DNA of 64,000 bases from an uncultured Acidobacteriota bacterium. GTDB lineage: Bacteria > Acidobacteriota > Terriglobia > UBA7540. The position numbers were made by a program, and so were the translations under genes. Under the pieces are notes generated by a model. That model made no database searches, was not told where the DNA came from, and saw only the letters and a list, made by a program, of their open reading frames with translations. Positions within the stretch are counted from its first letter, which is position 1. Each line of letters starts with the position of its first letter. Shown here in pieces: positions 19,395 through 31,043 of the stretch. The stretch is taken from contig CAWDSK010000006.1 in the NCBI GenBank assembly GCA_963804995.1, forward strand, positions 992,001-1,056,000, in the 5' to 3' direction.

Positions 19395-19826
19395 CTAGGG
19401 CCTTAGGACGTTCAATTCAATACTGCGGGGGACTATCCCTTCCGCCTTAAACTGCTTGAAAGTGTGGGTAGCTAGAATCACGATTGCATCATAGCCTTTC
19501 GCAAGTGCCGCCTTTTTCATTCTTGCATCAAGCGCCAAGCGCATCTCTAGGGTGCGCGGATGCCCATCAGGAATCCTAACGGTCTTTCCGAATAGGACTC
19601 TATGGATGGAGAACTCATCGCCCACAATCGGATTCTGAACCTTCACGCGGCCGGGTGTATCTAGCGGACGGCCATAGAATTCGCATTCTGCAAAGCTTGA
19701 TGCGTAGAATTTTCCGCGCTTGGAATAAGCCTCCGAGTCAAGAGGGGGACAATGCCACCAAGCCTTTCTATTGATGTGCGAGATCATTTTTTGGACAAAC
19801 TCTTTCTTGATCCGTTTCATCAACAA
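19395..19826 (-). CDS. Hypothetical protein
   Basis: 143-aa ORF in an AT-richer island; GYDAIV motif near the C-terminus; no confident family. Confidence 0.5.
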   Translation of the reverse strand: MLMKRIKKEFVQKMISHINRKAWWHCPPLDSEAYSKRGKFYASSFAECEFYGRPLDTPGRVKVQNPIVGDEFSIHRVLFGKTVRIPDGHPRTLEMRLALDARMKKAALAKGYDAIVILATHTFKQFKAEGIVPRSIELNVLRP

Positions 19827-19927
19827 CCCTCAGAGTGTCTATCGGCGAAGAATGGTATCGGCATGAGCAAAAAATCGCAAGAGGGTCTTTCAAGTGATTT
19901 TAGGACACTACCACCTTCGGCATTTCG

Positions 19928-19957
19928 TTGACAGTTTTGGCTTGTGGTTCGTATAAT
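19928..19957 (+). promoter_or_regulatory. sigma70 promoter of the rplU operon
   Basis: TTGACA-18 nt-TATAAT, 33 nt upstream of the rplU ATG. Confidence 0.8.
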
Positions 19958-19990
19958 GGTTGTTTTCGGGAAACAGGAGAAAGAGAATCT

Positions 19991-20302
19991 ATGTACGCCA
20001 TCTTCCGCTCCGGCGGGAAACAATACAAAGTCTCACCGGGTGACGTTGTGCGCGTGGAGCGCGTGGCGGGTGACCCGGGCTCGACCATCGAATTCAATCA
20101 CGTGTTGGGCGTGCGCAAGGAGAAGCTCACCCTGGGCGCGCCGCTCGTTGAGAACGCCAAGGTGAAAGGGACGATCCTGCGCAACGATCGCGACGCCAAG
20201 GTGCGGGTGCTGAAATTCAAACGCAAGAAGCAATACCGGCGCACGCGGGGACATCGTCAATCTTTCAGCGAGATACTGATTCAAGACATCGTCGCAGGGT
20301 AG
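19991..20302 (+). CDS. rplU: 50S ribosomal protein L21
   Basis: MYAIFRSGGKQYKV...KFKRKKQYRRTRGHRQ. Confidence 0.97.
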   Translation: MYAIFRSGGKQYKVSPGDVVRVERVAGDPGSTIEFNHVLGVRKEKLTLGAPLVENAKVKGTILRNDRDAKVRVLKFKRKKQYRRTRGHRQSFSEILIQDIVAG

Positions 20303-20332
20303 CATCGCCCTCGCATCCAAAGGAATTCTGTT

Positions 20333-20596
20333 ATGGCACACAAGAAAGGTCAGGGAACTTCCCGCAACGGCCGCGATTCCAACGCCCAGCGCTTGGGTGT
20401 GAAGCGGTTTGACGGCCAGTTCGTGTCCGGAGGCTCCATCCTGGTTCGCCAGCGCGGCACGCCTTTGAAGGCCGGTAATAACGTGGGCCTCGCCAAAGAC
20501 GATTCGCTGTACGCCAAAGTCTCGGGCGTAGTTCGCTTCGAAGATAAGGGCCGTTCGGGCCGCTTCGTCAGCATCCTAGTCCCATCAACGAATTGA
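20333..20596 (+). CDS. rpmA: 50S ribosomal protein L27
   Basis: [24 protein letters not shown]. Confidence 0.98.
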   Translation: MAHKKGQGTSRNGRDSNAQRLGVKRFDGQFVSGGSILVRQRGTPLKAGNNVGLAKDDSLYAKVSGVVRFEDKGRSGRFVSILVPSTN

Positions 20597-21896
<1,300 letters not shown>

Positions 21897-22574
21897 ATGA
21901 ACATCGCACTCTACGGTGGAACGTTTGATCCCTTGCACGCCGGGCATCTGGCGGCGGCGCGCGCGGCCCGGCGACGCTTCGGACTCGACAGAATCCTTTT
22001 CATTCCGACCGGGAACCCACCGCACAAGATTCACGATCACCTTACGGATTACGCGCAGCGTTTTGCGATGGTGGCACTGGCCTGCGCCGGGGAACCGGCC
22101 TTTATTCCTTCGACGATTGAAACGCCCACCCCCAACGGCTCACCGCGCTATTCCATTGATACCGTGCGGACCGTACGGCGCAGGCTGCGGGGGCACGACC
22201 GCCTCTATTTTTTGCTGGGTGTGGATGCTTTCCTGGATCTGCCCCTCTGGAAGGAATTCCGCCGCTTGCTCGACTCCGTGGAGTTTATCGTGGTATCGCG
22301 ACCCGGCTTCGATGCCGGCGCGATTCGCAAGGTGGCGCCGCCTGACCTGCTGCCGGCGCGGCGGCTTCGGGAAAAAGCGGACACCCTCCGACTTCGCCAC
22401 GGCGCCATCCACCTTCTGCGCGGCGTGGATGCGCCCGTCGCCTCGCGTGACATTCGCCAGGCCGTCCGGGCGCGACAGCCGATCACTGGCCTTGTTCCGC
22501 CGCTTGTGGAAGAATACATCTTGAAGGAAGGTTTGTACCGTCCCGGCCCAGCCGGGAGACGTTCAGAACGATGA
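21897..22574 (+). CDS. nadD: Nicotinate-nucleotide adenylyltransferase
   Basis: GGTFDPLHAGH, PPHK, GVDAF..W and ASRDIR. Confidence 0.95.
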   Translation: MNIALYGGTFDPLHAGHLAAARAARRRFGLDRILFIPTGNPPHKIHDHLTDYAQRFAMVALACAGEPAFIPSTIETPTPNGSPRYSIDTVRTVRRRLRGHDRLYFLLGVDAFLDLPLWKEFRRLLDSVEFIVVSRPGFDAGAIRKVAPPDLLPARRLREKADTLRLRHGAIHLLRGVDAPVASRDIRQAVRARQPITGLVPPLVEEYILKEGLYRPGPAGRRSER

Positions 22575-22912
22575 CCCCTTACCTACGCGAAGCGGTCCAT
22601 GCCGCCCAGGATCGAAAAGCGCTGGACTTGCGCGTCTTGGACCTGGAAGGAAGCAACTCCTTCACCAGCTACTTCCTGATTTGTAGCGGCACCTCCACAC
22701 GCCATACCCAGGCAATTTGTGACGGCATCCTGGAGAGGCTCAAGAAATCCGGGCACGCGCCCACTCACGTGGAAGGCTACGCGCAGGCTGAGTGGATTCT
22801 GATCGATTACCTCAATTTCATCGTTCATATTTTTTCCGAGCGCGCGCGGAACTTCTACGACCTGGAACGCCTCTGGAAGAATGCGCCGAGGCTGCAGGTG
22901 CCGGAAGGCTAA
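22571..22912 (+). CDS. rsfS: Ribosome silencing factor RsfS
   Basis: DRKA.D, ICSGTSTRH, EG....WILIDY....VHIF....RNFYDLERLW. Confidence 0.95.
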   Translation: MTPYLREAVHAAQDRKALDLRVLDLEGSNSFTSYFLICSGTSTRHTQAICDGILERLKKSGHAPTHVEGYAQAEWILIDYLNFIVHIFSERARNFYDLERLWKNAPRLQVPEG

Positions 22913-22924
22913 GGCAAGGAGAGG

Positions 22925-23112
22925 ATCGGCCCATCGGTTCATCGGGTCATCGGGCCATCGGTTCATCGGGCCATTGAGCGATTTGGTGATTCTGAGGTTG
23001 ATTGATTGAGTTACAACCAGAAATTCCTCTGGTCTTCAATCACTCCATCACTAAATCGCAAAATCACGAGATGACCCGATGAGCCGATGAACCGATGGCC
23101 CGATGACCCGAT
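22925..23112. repeat. Periodic inverted-repeat insert (8-mer arms), longest empty copy
   Basis: CCATCGGT TCATCGGG TCATCGGG CCATCGGT TCATCGGG CCATTGAG CGATTTGG ... CACTAAAT CGCAAAAT CACGAGAT GACCCGAT GAGCCGAT GAACCGAT GGCCCGAT GACCCGAT. Confidence 0.85.
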
Positions 23113-23119
23113 TCTAACC

Positions 23120-23583
23120 ATGCGCATCAAAATTCTCTGGGAAGGTAAAACCAAAGACTCGCACTTGCGGGCGCTCCAGCAGGACCTGGCAGGCCGTATC
23201 GAACATTTCACAGGCTTGGTTTTGGAGGAACTTCCGCCCCTGCGCGGCTCAAGCAAGGCCCGGAAAGCAGGATTGACCTCCGCCGAGCGCGCGCTGCTCG
23301 AAAAGCTGCGCGGGGCAACCAAAGTCCTGCTCGACGAGCGGGGGCGCGAGCGGACCTCCGAGGAGTTTGCAGAGTGGCTTGGCGAGCAAGCTTTGCGGGG
23401 CACGCGCGAGCTGGTATTTTTGGTCGGAGGGCCGGACGGCTTCTCCGCGGCGTTTCGCCAGGAGGCCGATGTTCTGCTGGCGCTCTCGCGCATGACCCTG
23501 ACACACGACTGGGCGCGGACCCTATTGTCGAGGAGATCTATCGCGGCTTCACAATATTGCGCGGTTACCCTTACCCCCGGTAG
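23120..23583 (+). CDS. rlmH: 23S rRNA m3Psi1915 methyltransferase RlmH; frameshift near 23528
   Basis: LDERG...SEEFA, FLVGGPDGF and LSRMTLTHDWAR; the C-terminal EEIYRGFTILRGYPYPR lies in another frame. Confidence 0.9.
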
Positions 23584-23669
23584 GAGAATCTGTCCATCGA
23601 TTCATCGGCTCATCGGTCCATCGGTATTTGGGACATCATTACTCTTATATCAAGCTCGTCGGAAATGGG

Positions 23670-24026
23670 ATGGAGAACAAGCATGAAGAATTGAGGCAGC
23701 GTACGAAGCAATTAGCGCTCCGTGTACTCCATCTATTCCGATCATTGCCCAAAAGCGAGGAAGGACGCATCATTGGAAGGCAACTACTCCGTGCTGGAAC
23801 AGCGGTTGCAGCAAACTACCGTGCGGTGGGACGAGCACGATCGCGAGCTGAATTCATCGCGAAGATGGGTATCGTGGTGGAAGAAATCGACGAGGTCGTA
23901 TTCTGGCTGGAATTGATTGCCGATGGGCAACTGATTCCTTCACCTCGCCTGGCGGATCTCCAGAAAGAGGCCAACGAACTCCTGGCCATTTTTGCAGCCT
24001 CGCAACACACTGCGAGACATCATTGA
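23670..24026 (+). CDS. Four-helix-bundle protein (23S rRNA IVP / TIGR02436-like, Avd-like fold)
   Basis: LRQRTKQLALRV...LPKSEE..IIGRQLLRAGTAVAANYRA..RARSRAEFIAKMGIVVEE.DE..FWLELI; flanked by 8-mer-periodic inverted arms (23593-23630 and 24045-24093). Confidence 0.9.
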   Translation: MENKHEELRQRTKQLALRVLHLFRSLPKSEEGRIIGRQLLRAGTAVAANYRAVGRARSRAEFIAKMGIVVEEIDEVVFWLELIADGQLIPSPRLADLQKEANELLAIFAASQHTARHH

Positions 24027-24105
24027 ACCAAGATCGGGAACTTCGATGGACCGATGAAACGATGAGCCGATGAACCGATGAGCAAATGATTCAATAGGAG
24101 ATCGC

Positions 24106-24645
24106 TTGCCAGAAGATCGAAAAGGGTTGATTATCGTAAACACGGGCCCCGGCAAAGGCAAAACGACGGCCGCTCTGGGGACGGCGCTTCGGGCTGTGGG
24201 ACAAGGCCTGAAGGTCTTGATGGTACAGTTCATTAAGGGTTCATGGCACTATGGCGAGTTGGACGCCGCCAAGATGCTGGGTGACGATCACCTGAAGATC
24301 CTGCCTATGGGCCGCGGATTTGTGAAAGTCGGCGCCGAGAAACCTGATCTGGAGGATGTGCGGCTGGCCGAGGAAGCCTGGCAGTTCGCGAGCGGGGAGA
24401 TCCAGAGCGGGCGCTACGACATGGTGATCCTTGACGAGATCAACTACGCGATCAGTTACAAGATGCTGGACCCGGAGCCGGTGGTGGAAACCCTGAAGAA
24501 AAAACCGGAGAAGGTGCACGTGATCCTGACCGGCCGCAACGCCCACCCAACGCTCGTCGAGATGGCTGACCTGGTGACGGAAATGCGCGAGGTCAAGCAC
24601 CCGTACCAGAAAGGCATCCCCGCCCAACGGGGGATAGAATACTGA
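24106..24645 (+). CDS. cobO: Cob(I)yrinic acid a,c-diamide adenosyltransferase
   Basis: NTGPGKGKTTAALG, QFIKG, LDEIN, TGR and KHPYQKG...GIEY. Confidence 0.95.
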   Translation: MPEDRKGLIIVNTGPGKGKTTAALGTALRAVGQGLKVLMVQFIKGSWHYGELDAAKMLGDDHLKILPMGRGFVKVGAEKPDLEDVRLAEEAWQFASGEIQSGRYDMVILDEINYAISYKMLDPEPVVETLKKKPEKVHVILTGRNAHPTLVEMADLVTEMREVKHPYQKGIPAQRGIEY

Positions 24646-24775
24646 GGATCGGGCCATCGGGTGAACAAGCGAAACACGAAAATCGAAATTCGAAACTGAG
24701 TCATAATTTCCTCCGATTTTCGAGTTTCGAGTTTCGGATAAGTCAGTCCGATGGCCGGATGAACCGATAAATAGG
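24646..24775. repeat. Periodic inverted-repeat insert (8-mer arms, nested 7-mer arms)
   Basis: GATCGGGC CATCGGGT GAACAAGC GAAACAC GAAAATC GAAATTC GAAACT ... GATTTTC GAGTTTC GAGTTTC ... CCGATGG CCGGATGA ACCGAT. Confidence 0.75.
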
Positions 24776-24780
24776 ATTCC

Positions 24781-25632
24781 ATGACTTGGTTCCGCAAAGA
24801 GAGGCAGCCGCTTGAGACGCCCAAGGAGAAGCGCGTCCAGACCGAAGGGCTCTGGGTGAAGTGCGCCGGTTGCAAGCAGATCCTATGGAAAAAGGATCTG
24901 GAAACCCATTTGCAGTGCTGCCCCAAGTGTGGGCACCATTTCAAAATGGGCTCACACGCGCGGCTGGAAATGCTGTTTGATGACGGGCTCTACACGGAGC
25001 ACGACGCCCGCCTTGCTTCCACGGACCCCCTGCATTTCAAGGACACGAAAGCATACCGCGACCGGCTGAAGCAAGCCGAAAGAGTAACCGGCATGAAGGA
25101 CGCACTTCTGACCGGCGAGGGACTGATCGAAGGCAAGCCTGCCATCATCTGCGCCATGGAGTTTCAGTTCGTGGGCGGCAGCATGGGCGCCGTGGTGGGA
25201 GAAAAGGTAACCCGCGCCATCGATCGCTGCATCGAGAAGAAGCTGCCACTGGTGATCGTTTCCTGCTCCGGCGGGGCGCGCATGATGGAAGGCGCCATCA
25301 GCCTGATGCAGATGACCAAAATCTGTTCAGCGCTGGCCCGCCTGGATGAAGTGCGCAAGCCCTACATTTCAGTGCTCACTGATCCCACCACGGGAGGCGT
25401 CACCGCCAGCTACGCCATGCTGGGAGATTTGAACATTGCCGAGCCGGGGGCGCTGATTGGCTTCGCAGGCCCGCGCGTCATTGAACAGACCATCCGCCAA
25501 AAGTTGCCCGAAGGGTTCCAGCGCTCCGAATTTCTCCTGGAGCACGGCATGCTCGACGCCATCGTCCCTCGCAAAGAGTTGAAGAGTTTCATCGCGCGGG
25601 CCTTTGGCCTGATGCGGGCCTGGGACTCTTGA
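24781..25632 (+). CDS. accD: Acetyl-CoA carboxylase carboxyltransferase beta subunit
   Basis: GLWVKC..C zinc finger, GGSMG, SGGARM, PTTGGV.AS and GFAGPRVI. Confidence 0.97.
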   Translation: MTWFRKERQPLETPKEKRVQTEGLWVKCAGCKQILWKKDLETHLQCCPKCGHHFKMGSHARLEMLFDDGLYTEHDARLASTDPLHFKDTKAYRDRLKQAERVTGMKDALLTGEGLIEGKPAIICAMEFQFVGGSMGAVVGEKVTRAIDRCIEKKLPLVIVSCSGGARMMEGAISLMQMTKICSALARLDEVRKPYISVLTDPTTGGVTASYAMLGDLNIAEPGALIGFAGPRVIEQTIRQKLPEGFQRSEFLLEHGMLDAIVPRKELKSFIARAFGLMRAWDS

Positions 25633-25635
25633 GAA

Positions 25636-25817
25636 ATCGACTCATCGGCCCATCGGCTCATCAGTTCATCGAGTGATGGGGTCATTGAGTGATTTGGTGA
25701 TTTCGCGATTAGTTGATGGAGCGACGAACAGGAATCACTGGGGCTTTAAATCACTAAATCACCCAATCGCCAGATGAACCGATGGCCAGATGATCCGATG
25801 GCTCGATGCCTCGATTC
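25636..25817. repeat. Periodic inverted-repeat insert (8-mer arms)
   Basis: TCATCGGC CCATCGGC TCATCAGT TCATCGAG TGATGGGG TCATTGAG TGATTTGG ... CACTAAAT CACCCAAT CGCCAGAT GAACCGAT GGCCAGAT GATCCGAT GGCTCGAT. Confidence 0.8.
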
Positions 25818-25819
25818 CC

Positions 25820-27163
25820 ATGACTTACCCTGAATGCTTGGAATATCTTGCCGGCTTGGGCCATGAGCTGCACGGCCTGAAGTTCGGGCTGGCGGCCATT
25901 ACCCAAATCCTGGCGGAGCTGGGCTATCCCCACGAACGCTACCCCACAGCCATTGTGGCGGGAACCAACGGCAAGGGTTCCACCTGTGCCATGCTGGCCA
26001 GCATCCTGGAACATGCTGGTTATCGCACGGGGCTCTACACTTCTCCCCACCTGGTCCGGGTGAACGAAAGGGTACGGGTAAACGGGGAGGAAATATCCGA
26101 CCAGGATTTTGCCTCGGCCTTTTCACGAGTTGCCACGACCGTCGAAAGCTTGGTCCGGGAAGGCAAGCTGGAAGGGCCCCCCAGCCTTTTTGAATTCCTC
26201 ACGGCGGTGGGGTTCTTGCACTTTGCGCAGGTTGAGGCGCAGTTTGTAGTGCTGGAAGTCGGCATGGGTGGGCGTTTGGACGCCACCAATGTGACGGATC
26301 CGCGCGTGGCGGTGATCACCAACGTCGACTTCGACCACATGGAGTTTCTGGGCTCCACTCTGGCCGCCATCGCCGCGGAAAAGGCCGGGGTCATCAAGCC
26401 CCATCGTCCCGTGATTTCGGGAGTTGAAGAACCGGAGGCTGCCGCCGTCATCCAGCGACGCTCGGAAGAATCCGCGGCTGATTTAGCGGTCATGGCCGAG
26501 TTCGCAACTATCACCAGACTTCGTACCAACCAGGGCCGCTACACTTTTGACATGCTGCTGGGCGAGGAATACTTTGCCGGGCTGACCGCGCCCCTCCTGG
26601 GAAAATTTCAGGTAAAGAACACTGCCCTCGCGGTGGCAGCGGCCCGGCGACTGAATGAGGAAGGGTTTCTGATCTCCCGCCGCGGCATTTTGTTGGGCCT
26701 GCGCAACGCCTCCTGGCCAGGCCGGCTGGAACCGATTCACCGGCAGCCGCTGGTGCTGCTCGACGGCGGGCATAATCCTGCTGCGGCGCGCGAGCTGGCC
26801 ACTTTCATCCGCGAGGAATTGCCGGAACGCCGCCTGCGTCTGGTGTATGCTTCCATGCGCGATAAGGCGATGGGAGAGATTAGCGAAATCCTCTTCGCGC
26901 TGGCGGGAGAGGTCTACTTCACTCGCCCTGACCACCCACGCGCCGCCTCCCCTGAGGAAATTGTGGCCGCCCTACGTTTCCGGCCGGGCACGCTGCACTT
27001 GGAATCTGACCCCGTCCGCGCGATGGAAAAGGCCTGCGGCGCAAGCGCTCCGGACAACGTGGTGCTCGTCTTCGGATCGCTCTTCCTGGTGGGCGCCATC
27101 AAGAGTGCGCTAAGCGCAGGAACGCTGCAATTGCCGGGCCCCGCCGGCAGTGCCGTTGTGTAA
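25820..27163 (+). CDS. folC: Folylpolyglutamate synthase/dihydrofolate synthase
   Basis: AGTNGKGST, YTSPHL, EVGMGGRLDATN, WPGRLE and DGGHN. Confidence 0.95.
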   Translation: MTYPECLEYLAGLGHELHGLKFGLAAITQILAELGYPHERYPTAIVAGTNGKGSTCAMLASILEHAGYRTGLYTSPHLVRVNERVRVNGEEISDQDFASAFSRVATTVESLVREGKLEGPPSLFEFLTAVGFLHFAQVEAQFVVLEVGMGGRLDATNVTDPRVAVITNVDFDHMEFLGSTLAAIAAEKAGVIKPHRPVISGVEEPEAAAVIQRRSEESAADLAVMAEFATITRLRTNQGRYTFDMLLGEEYFAGLTAPLLGKFQVKNTALAVAAARRLNEEGFLISRRGILLGLRNASWPGRLEPIHRQPLVLLDGGHNPAAARELATFIREELPERRLRLVYASMRDKAMGEISEILFALAGEVYFTRPDHPRAASPEEIVAALRFRPGTLHLESDPVRAMEKACGASAPDNVVLVFGSLFLVGAIKSALSAGTLQLPGPAGSAVV

Positions 27164-27179
27164 CTTGCCCGATGATGTC

Positions 27180-27959
27180 ATGGAAACCGCCTCCCCAGCC
27201 GTGGCCAGGAAGACCCGTACCGAGCGGCGCGGCCGCTATCTCTTAAGCTACGCGCGTTCCCTGCTCTTCACCAACCTCCTCATTTATTCCTACACCGCCA
27301 TCTGTGGAACGTTCTCGCTTCTGGGATCTCTTTTCGACGCGCGCGGGCGCTGGCAGCACGCCTGCGCCCGCGTCTGGTCGTGGCTGATCTTGAAGACCAG
27401 TGGAATCCGCGTGCGCGTGGAAGGCCTGGAGCACGTGCATCCCAGCCACACCACCATCTTCTGCGTGAATCATCAGAGCGCCATGGATATCCCCATTCTT
27501 TTTGTGAATCTGCCCGCCCAGTTTCGCTTCGTCGCCAAGCGCTCGCTCTTTCACCTGCCGTTCATGGGCTGGCACCTGAGCCGTTCCGGACACATCCCCG
27601 TGGATCGTGACCGGCCGCGCGAAGCCATGAAAAGCATGAAGAAGGTGGCGCAGGAAATTCGCGAGGGAAAATCTGTGCTGCTGTTTCCCGAAGGCCATCG
27701 CAGCCGCACCGGCCAACTGCTCCCTTTCAAGGCCGGAAGCTTTTACATCGCCATTCTGGCCGGCGTGCCGATTGTGCCCATTACTCTCAACGGAACGCGC
27801 CACGTGCTTGAGCCTGATACGTATCATGTGCGGGCAGGACAGACGGAAATGTTCGTGCACCCGGCCATCGAAACCAAAGATCTGACGCTGGAAGACGTCG
27901 AATCCCTTTCGCAGAAAGTGCGGCAAGCAATTGAGTCGAAGTTCGTTCCAGTGGAATAA
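27180..27959 (+). CDS. plsC: 1-acyl-sn-glycerol-3-phosphate acyltransferase
   Basis: NHQSAMD, FPEGHRS and PFKAG. Confidence 0.9.
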   Translation: METASPAVARKTRTERRGRYLLSYARSLLFTNLLIYSYTAICGTFSLLGSLFDARGRWQHACARVWSWLILKTSGIRVRVEGLEHVHPSHTTIFCVNHQSAMDIPILFVNLPAQFRFVAKRSLFHLPFMGWHLSRSGHIPVDRDRPREAMKSMKKVAQEIREGKSVLLFPEGHRSRTGQLLPFKAGSFYIAILAGVPIVPITLNGTRHVLEPDTYHVRAGQTEMFVHPAIETKDLTLEDVESLSQKVRQAIESKFVPVE

Positions 27960-27961
27960 TC

Positions 27962-28228
27962 AGTCTCAGCAAAGGCCTCTCGACAGAGCTTGCGCCGCAT
28001 CATATCCTTGTGAACTGTGTGGCGCCGGGATGGATCGGCACGGAAATGGCGGCGCCGGTGATGCGCAATCGGCGTGAGCACCGACAGGCGCTTTCGGTTA
28101 TCCCGCTTCGGCGGTTTGGAAAACCTGAAGAGGTGGCCATGCCGATTCTCTTCCTGGCCTCGCCGCTCTCGACGTATATAACGGGGGAGGTTGTCAACAT
28201 CAATGGAGGCAATGTTCTCTGTGGTTAA
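27962..28228 (+). pseudogene. C-terminal remnant of an SDR oxidoreductase
   Basis: SLSKGLSTELAPHHILVNCVAPGWIGTEM...IPLRRFGKPEEVA...YITGEVVNINGG begins right after the plsC stop; the Rossmann and YxxxK regions are absent. Confidence 0.8.
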
Positions 28229-29009
28229 GCCGCTGATCTCCTGGTTCGGTTGCCTGGGGCGGGCGTTTGCCATGGTCGTTTTGGCAACTGCCACGCTCCC
28301 GGCACAAAAACCCCCGGCGCCAGTGCTGCCACGGCGCGTCGACCCCAAAGCGCAGGAGATTCTCAACCGCACGATTCAGGCGCTAGGAGGACAGGCATTT
28401 TTGAATTTCAAAACCCTGACCACCAAGGGGCGGACCTTCTCCATTCATGATGAAACCACGGCAGGCTTGGCGCCCTTTCAAAGCTATGTGCAGTACCCGG
28501 ACAAGCGACGCTTTTCCTACGGGAAGACCCTGCCTGTTATCTTGATCAATAACGGCGACAAGGGCTGGGAACTCAACCGCTACGGGCTGATCAGCCAACC
28601 GGTTGAGCAGGTGCAGCGTTGGATCGCCTCCAACCGCTACTGCCTTGAAAACCTGTTGCGCTTGCGTATCAATGAGCCTGGCGTGCTGGTGCAAGTGGGC
28701 GGTGTTGACTTTGTGGATAATGCGGCCACGCAGGCCATCGAGATCATCGAGTCGGGGGGCGCCATCATTCGGCTGGATTTGAACCGCCAGACCTTCGTCC
28801 CCACCCGCATAACCTATCGGGTCCGCAACCCCAAGACCAACGACTATGATGATTACTCGGACGCGTACGCGGACTACAAGACGTTCGATGGAATCCAAAC
28901 CCCCATGCACATCTCGCGCTATGTGAACGACGAACGGAGTGGGGAGATCTTTCGCAATACCGCGAAGTATGACGAGGAGTATCCCGCCAACTACTTCACG
29001 CCCGAGTGA
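28191..29009 (+). CDS. Secreted protein, LolA-like/lipoprotein-sorting fold candidate
   Basis: Signal-like N-terminus, KAQEILNRTIQALGG and YADYKTFDGIQTP; start uncertain. Confidence 0.6.
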   Translation: MSTSMEAMFSVVKPLISWFGCLGRAFAMVVLATATLPAQKPPAPVLPRRVDPKAQEILNRTIQALGGQAFLNFKTLTTKGRTFSIHDETTAGLAPFQSYVQYPDKRRFSYGKTLPVILINNGDKGWELNRYGLISQPVEQVQRWIASNRYCLENLLRLRINEPGVLVQVGGVDFVDNAATQAIEIIESGGAIIRLDLNRQTFVPTRITYRVRNPKTNDYDDYSDAYADYKTFDGIQTPMHISRYVNDERSGEIFRNTAKYDEEYPANYFTPE

Positions 29010-29048
29010 GGCCAGGGACATCTGCTATAATGTTTTGATGGAGCCTCG

Positions 29049-29591
29049 GTGAAGAATTCCGCAAAAATACGAAGCACTACCATTCTATGCGTGCGCCGGG
29101 GCGGACACCTGGCCATGGGCGGCGACGGCCAGGTAACCATGGGCGAAAGCGTGGTAAAGCAAAAGGCCCGCAAAATCCGCCGCCTGTACAGCGAAAAGGT
29201 TGTGGCGGGATTCGCTGGAAGCACGGCCGACGCGCTCTCCCTGTTTTCCCGTTTCGAGCAAAAGCTCGATGAATACCACGGTAACCTCAGCCGGGCCGTA
29301 GTGGAATTGGCCAAGGATTGGCGCACCGACCGCGCCTTGCGCCACCTGGAAGCGCTGCTGCTGGTTGCGGATGAGAAGAACACCTATCTGGTCAGCGGCA
29401 ATGGCGACGTGATTGAGCCGGATGACGGCATTGTTGCCATTGGTTCCGGCGGACCTTTCGCACTGGCGGCGGCGCGCGCGCTTGCCAAACACACGGAAAT
29501 GAACGCCAAGGAAATTGTCCAGGAAGCCATGCTCCTGGCCAGCCAGATCTGCATCTTCACCAACGATCAGATTCATATTGAGGAGCTGTAG
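29049..29591 (+). CDS. hslV: ATP-dependent protease subunit HslV
   Basis: [24 protein letters not shown] and IGSGG; extended -10 TGCTATAAT at 29023-29031. Confidence 0.97.
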   Translation: MKNSAKIRSTTILCVRRGGHLAMGGDGQVTMGESVVKQKARKIRRLYSEKVVAGFAGSTADALSLFSRFEQKLDEYHGNLSRAVVELAKDWRTDRALRHLEALLLVADEKNTYLVSGNGDVIEPDDGIVAIGSGGPFALAAARALAKHTEMNAKEIVQEAMLLASQICIFTNDQIHIEEL

Positions 29592-29630
29592 CTCAGACGC
29601 TTTTCCAGCTCCAGATTGAACGACTCAAAA

Positions 29631-31043
29631 ATGGTTTTCTATTTGCCCGACAATCTCGAAGCCTCAACCGCGCTTGACGATCTGACGCCGCGACAGATCG
29701 TAGTCGAGCTCGACAAGTATGTAGTAGGCCAAGCCAACGCCAAGCGCTCGGTGGCCGTTGCGCTGCGTAACCGGATGCGCCGGCAGAAGCTTGCGCCGGA
29801 GATCGCCGAAGATATCCTCCCCAAGAACATCATTATGATTGGCCCCACGGGAGTCGGCAAAACGGAAATCGCCCGCCGGCTGGCGCGTCTGGCAAATTCA
29901 CCTTTCCTGAAAGTGGAAGCCTCGCGCTTCACCGAAGTTGGCTATGTGGGGCGTGACGTGGAGTCGATGATACGCGACCTGGTGGAAGTTTCCATCGACA
30001 TGGTGCGCGAAGAAAAGGTGGATGAGGTCGCCGAAAAAGCCGAGCAGAACGCCGAGGAGCGCCTGTTGGATCTCCTGCTGCCGCCTCCCCCCTCGGCGCG
30101 CAAACCCGAGAAAGCTCCCGCAGATAATGACGAGGGACGCGCCCAGGCCGCCCAGGAACAACTTCACCGCACGCGGGAGAAGATCCGCGCCCAGCTTCGG
30201 GAAGGCAAGCTGGACGACCGGGAAGTGGAAGTGGAGATGCGCGAGCGCAATATGCCCGCCTTCGAGGTCATCACCTCACAGGGCATCGAAGAGATGGATA
30301 TCAATATCAAGGATATCCTCCCGGGACTCTTTGGCCAGCGCACCAAGAAACGCCGCATGCACGTCACCGAAGCCATGGAATACCTGATCCAGGAGGAGGA
30401 AAATCGGCTAATCGACATGGACCAGGTGACGCGAACCGCCGTCGAGCGCGCCGAGCAGTCAGGTATTATCTTTCTGGATGAGATCGACAAGATTGCGGGG
30501 CGCGAACGCGGAACCGGGCCCGACGTAAGCCGCGAGGGTGTGCAGCGCGACATCCTGCCCATCGTGGAAGGCACCACCGTGAATACCCGCTACGGGATGA
30601 TCCGCACGGATCACATCCTGTTCATCGCCGCGGGCGCTTTCCACGTCTCCAAGCCGTCGGACCTGATCCCGGAACTGCAGGGCCGCTTTCCCATCCGCGT
30701 GGAGCTGCACTCGCTCTCAACCGACGATTTCATACGCATCCTGAAGGAACCGAAGAGCGCTCTGGTAAAGCAATATACGGCGCTGCTGGAGACGGAAGGC
30801 ATCAAGATCACTTTCACCGACGACGCGCTGGAGGAGGTCGCCAAATTCGCGGCGGCCGTGAACGAGGCGACGGAAAACATCGGAGCGCGGCGGCTGCATA
30901 CCATCATGGAAAAGCTGCTCGACGAAGTTTCCTTCGAGGGGCCGGACCTGAAAAAGAAAGTCGTACGCGTGGATGCCGCGTACGTCCAAAAGCAATTGGC
31001 GGACATCGTCAAGAATCAAGACCTCAGCCGATACATCCTGTGA
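29631..31043 (+). CDS. hslU: ATP-dependent protease ATPase HslU
   Basis: [36 protein letters not shown] and DLSRYIL. Confidence 0.97.
   Translation: MVFYLPDNLEASTALDDLTPRQIVVELDKYVVGQANAKRSVAVALRNRMRRQKLAPEIAEDILPKNIIMIGPTGVGKTEIARRLARLANSPFLKVEASRFTEVGYVGRDVESMIRDLVEVSIDMVREEKVDEVAEKAEQNAEERLLDLLLPPPPSARKPEKAPADNDEGRAQAAQEQLHRTREKIRAQLREGKLDDREVEVEMRERNMPAFEVITSQGIEEMDINIKDILPGLFGQRTKKRRMHVTEAMEYLIQEEENRLIDMDQVTRTAVERAEQSGIIFLDEIDKIAGRERGTGPDVSREGVQRDILPIVEGTTVNTRYGMIRTDHILFIAAGAFHVSKPSDLIPELQGRFPIRVELHSLSTDDFIRILKEPKSALVKQYTALLETEGIKITFTDDALEEVAKFAAAVNEATENIGARRLHTIMEKLLDEVSFEGPDLKKKVVRVDAAYVQKQLADIVKNQDLSRYIL

Noticed and set aside
23670..24026. Diversity-generating retroelement (Avd-like gene)
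   Set aside because: No reverse transcriptase and no TR/VR pair with adenine-specific mismatches were seen in the window.
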